From IMG/VR virus record IMGVR_UViG_2548876954_000011: a stretch of DNA of 37,865 bases. One strand, 5' to 3'. This DNA is from a virus (taxonomy: Duplodnaviria > Heunggongvirae > Uroviricota > Caudoviricetes). This document shows positions 37,608 through 37,865 of the stretch, piece after piece; position 1 is the first letter of the stretch; each line of letters starts with the position of its first letter. A model generated the notes under the pieces. The model ran no database searches. It was not told where the DNA came from and worked only from the letters and a program-made list of their open reading frames with translations. The position numbers and the translations under genes are program-made.

Positions 37608-37865
37608 TCAGGCGTCCAGATTCTCTTTCACCCATGCAGCAAAATCGGTATAGCCGCCGATATGTTGCTGATCGACAAAAATCTGCGGCACGGTTTCTAC
37701 GGGTTTTCCTGCCTTTTGTTGTAGATCTTCTTTAGTGATCCCTTCCGCACGAATATCTACATACTGATACTGGAAATCATCGCGTTCATTGCTCAATTTC
37801 TCAGCCAGATCTTTTGCACGCACACAGTAAGGGCAACCCGGACGACCAAAAATAACGGTTTGCAT
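37608..37865 (-). CDS. grxA: Glutaredoxin 1 (host)
   Basis: 85 aa, MQTVIFGRPGCPYCVRAKDLAEKL… with the CPYC active site; the ATG is the last three bases of the window. Confidence 0.9.
   Translation of the reverse strand: MQTVIFGRPGCPYCVRAKDLAEKLSNERDDFQYQYVDIRAEGITKEDLQQKAGKPVETVPQIFVDQQHIGGYTDFAAWVKENLDA

Noticed and set aside
1-37865. CRISPR arrays, rRNA or tRNA genes, IS elements
   Set aside because: No regularly spaced direct repeats, no tRNA-like cloverleaf or rRNA signatures, and no transposase ORF with terminal inverted repeats were seen on manual reading; the only recombinases are the phage integrase and the Gin-like invertase.

Overview
This window is almost entirely a P2/186-family temperate prophage (about 35 kb), followed by the E. 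coli host genes ybjL, ybjM and grxA (35246-37865). Reading left to right: a tyrosine integrase with its stop at position 1-3, an AT-rich lysogeny block (membrane/coiled-coil cargo gene plus a CI-type repressor with a tandem-duplicated DNA-binding domain), a 186-like early operon (Apl/Cox-like, CII-like, small ORFs, TraR-type zinc finger, ASCH-like, Dam methylase, rolling-circle replication protein A), a LexA-box-controlled Tum/DinI-like module, a cos-like sequence, and then an AT-rich two-gene cargo cassette (AAA+ ATPase + S8 subtilisin-like protease) just before the portal gene. The late region is P2-like in order (Q P | O N M L X, lysis genes, R S | V W J I H G | FI FII E/E' T U D ogr), with a Gin/Hin-type invertible tail-fibre segment and an in-frame amber codon in the tape-measure gene. 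The strongest candidate for an accessory anti-phage system is the ATPase + S8 protease pair; by memory its architecture matches the IetAS type reported by Gao et al. 2020, so it may not be novel at the family level. The int-proximal membrane protein and the duplicated-HTH repressor are the next most interesting. All calls rest on reading the sequence and the supplied ORF translations; no database search or computation was run, and family names are recalled, not verified.
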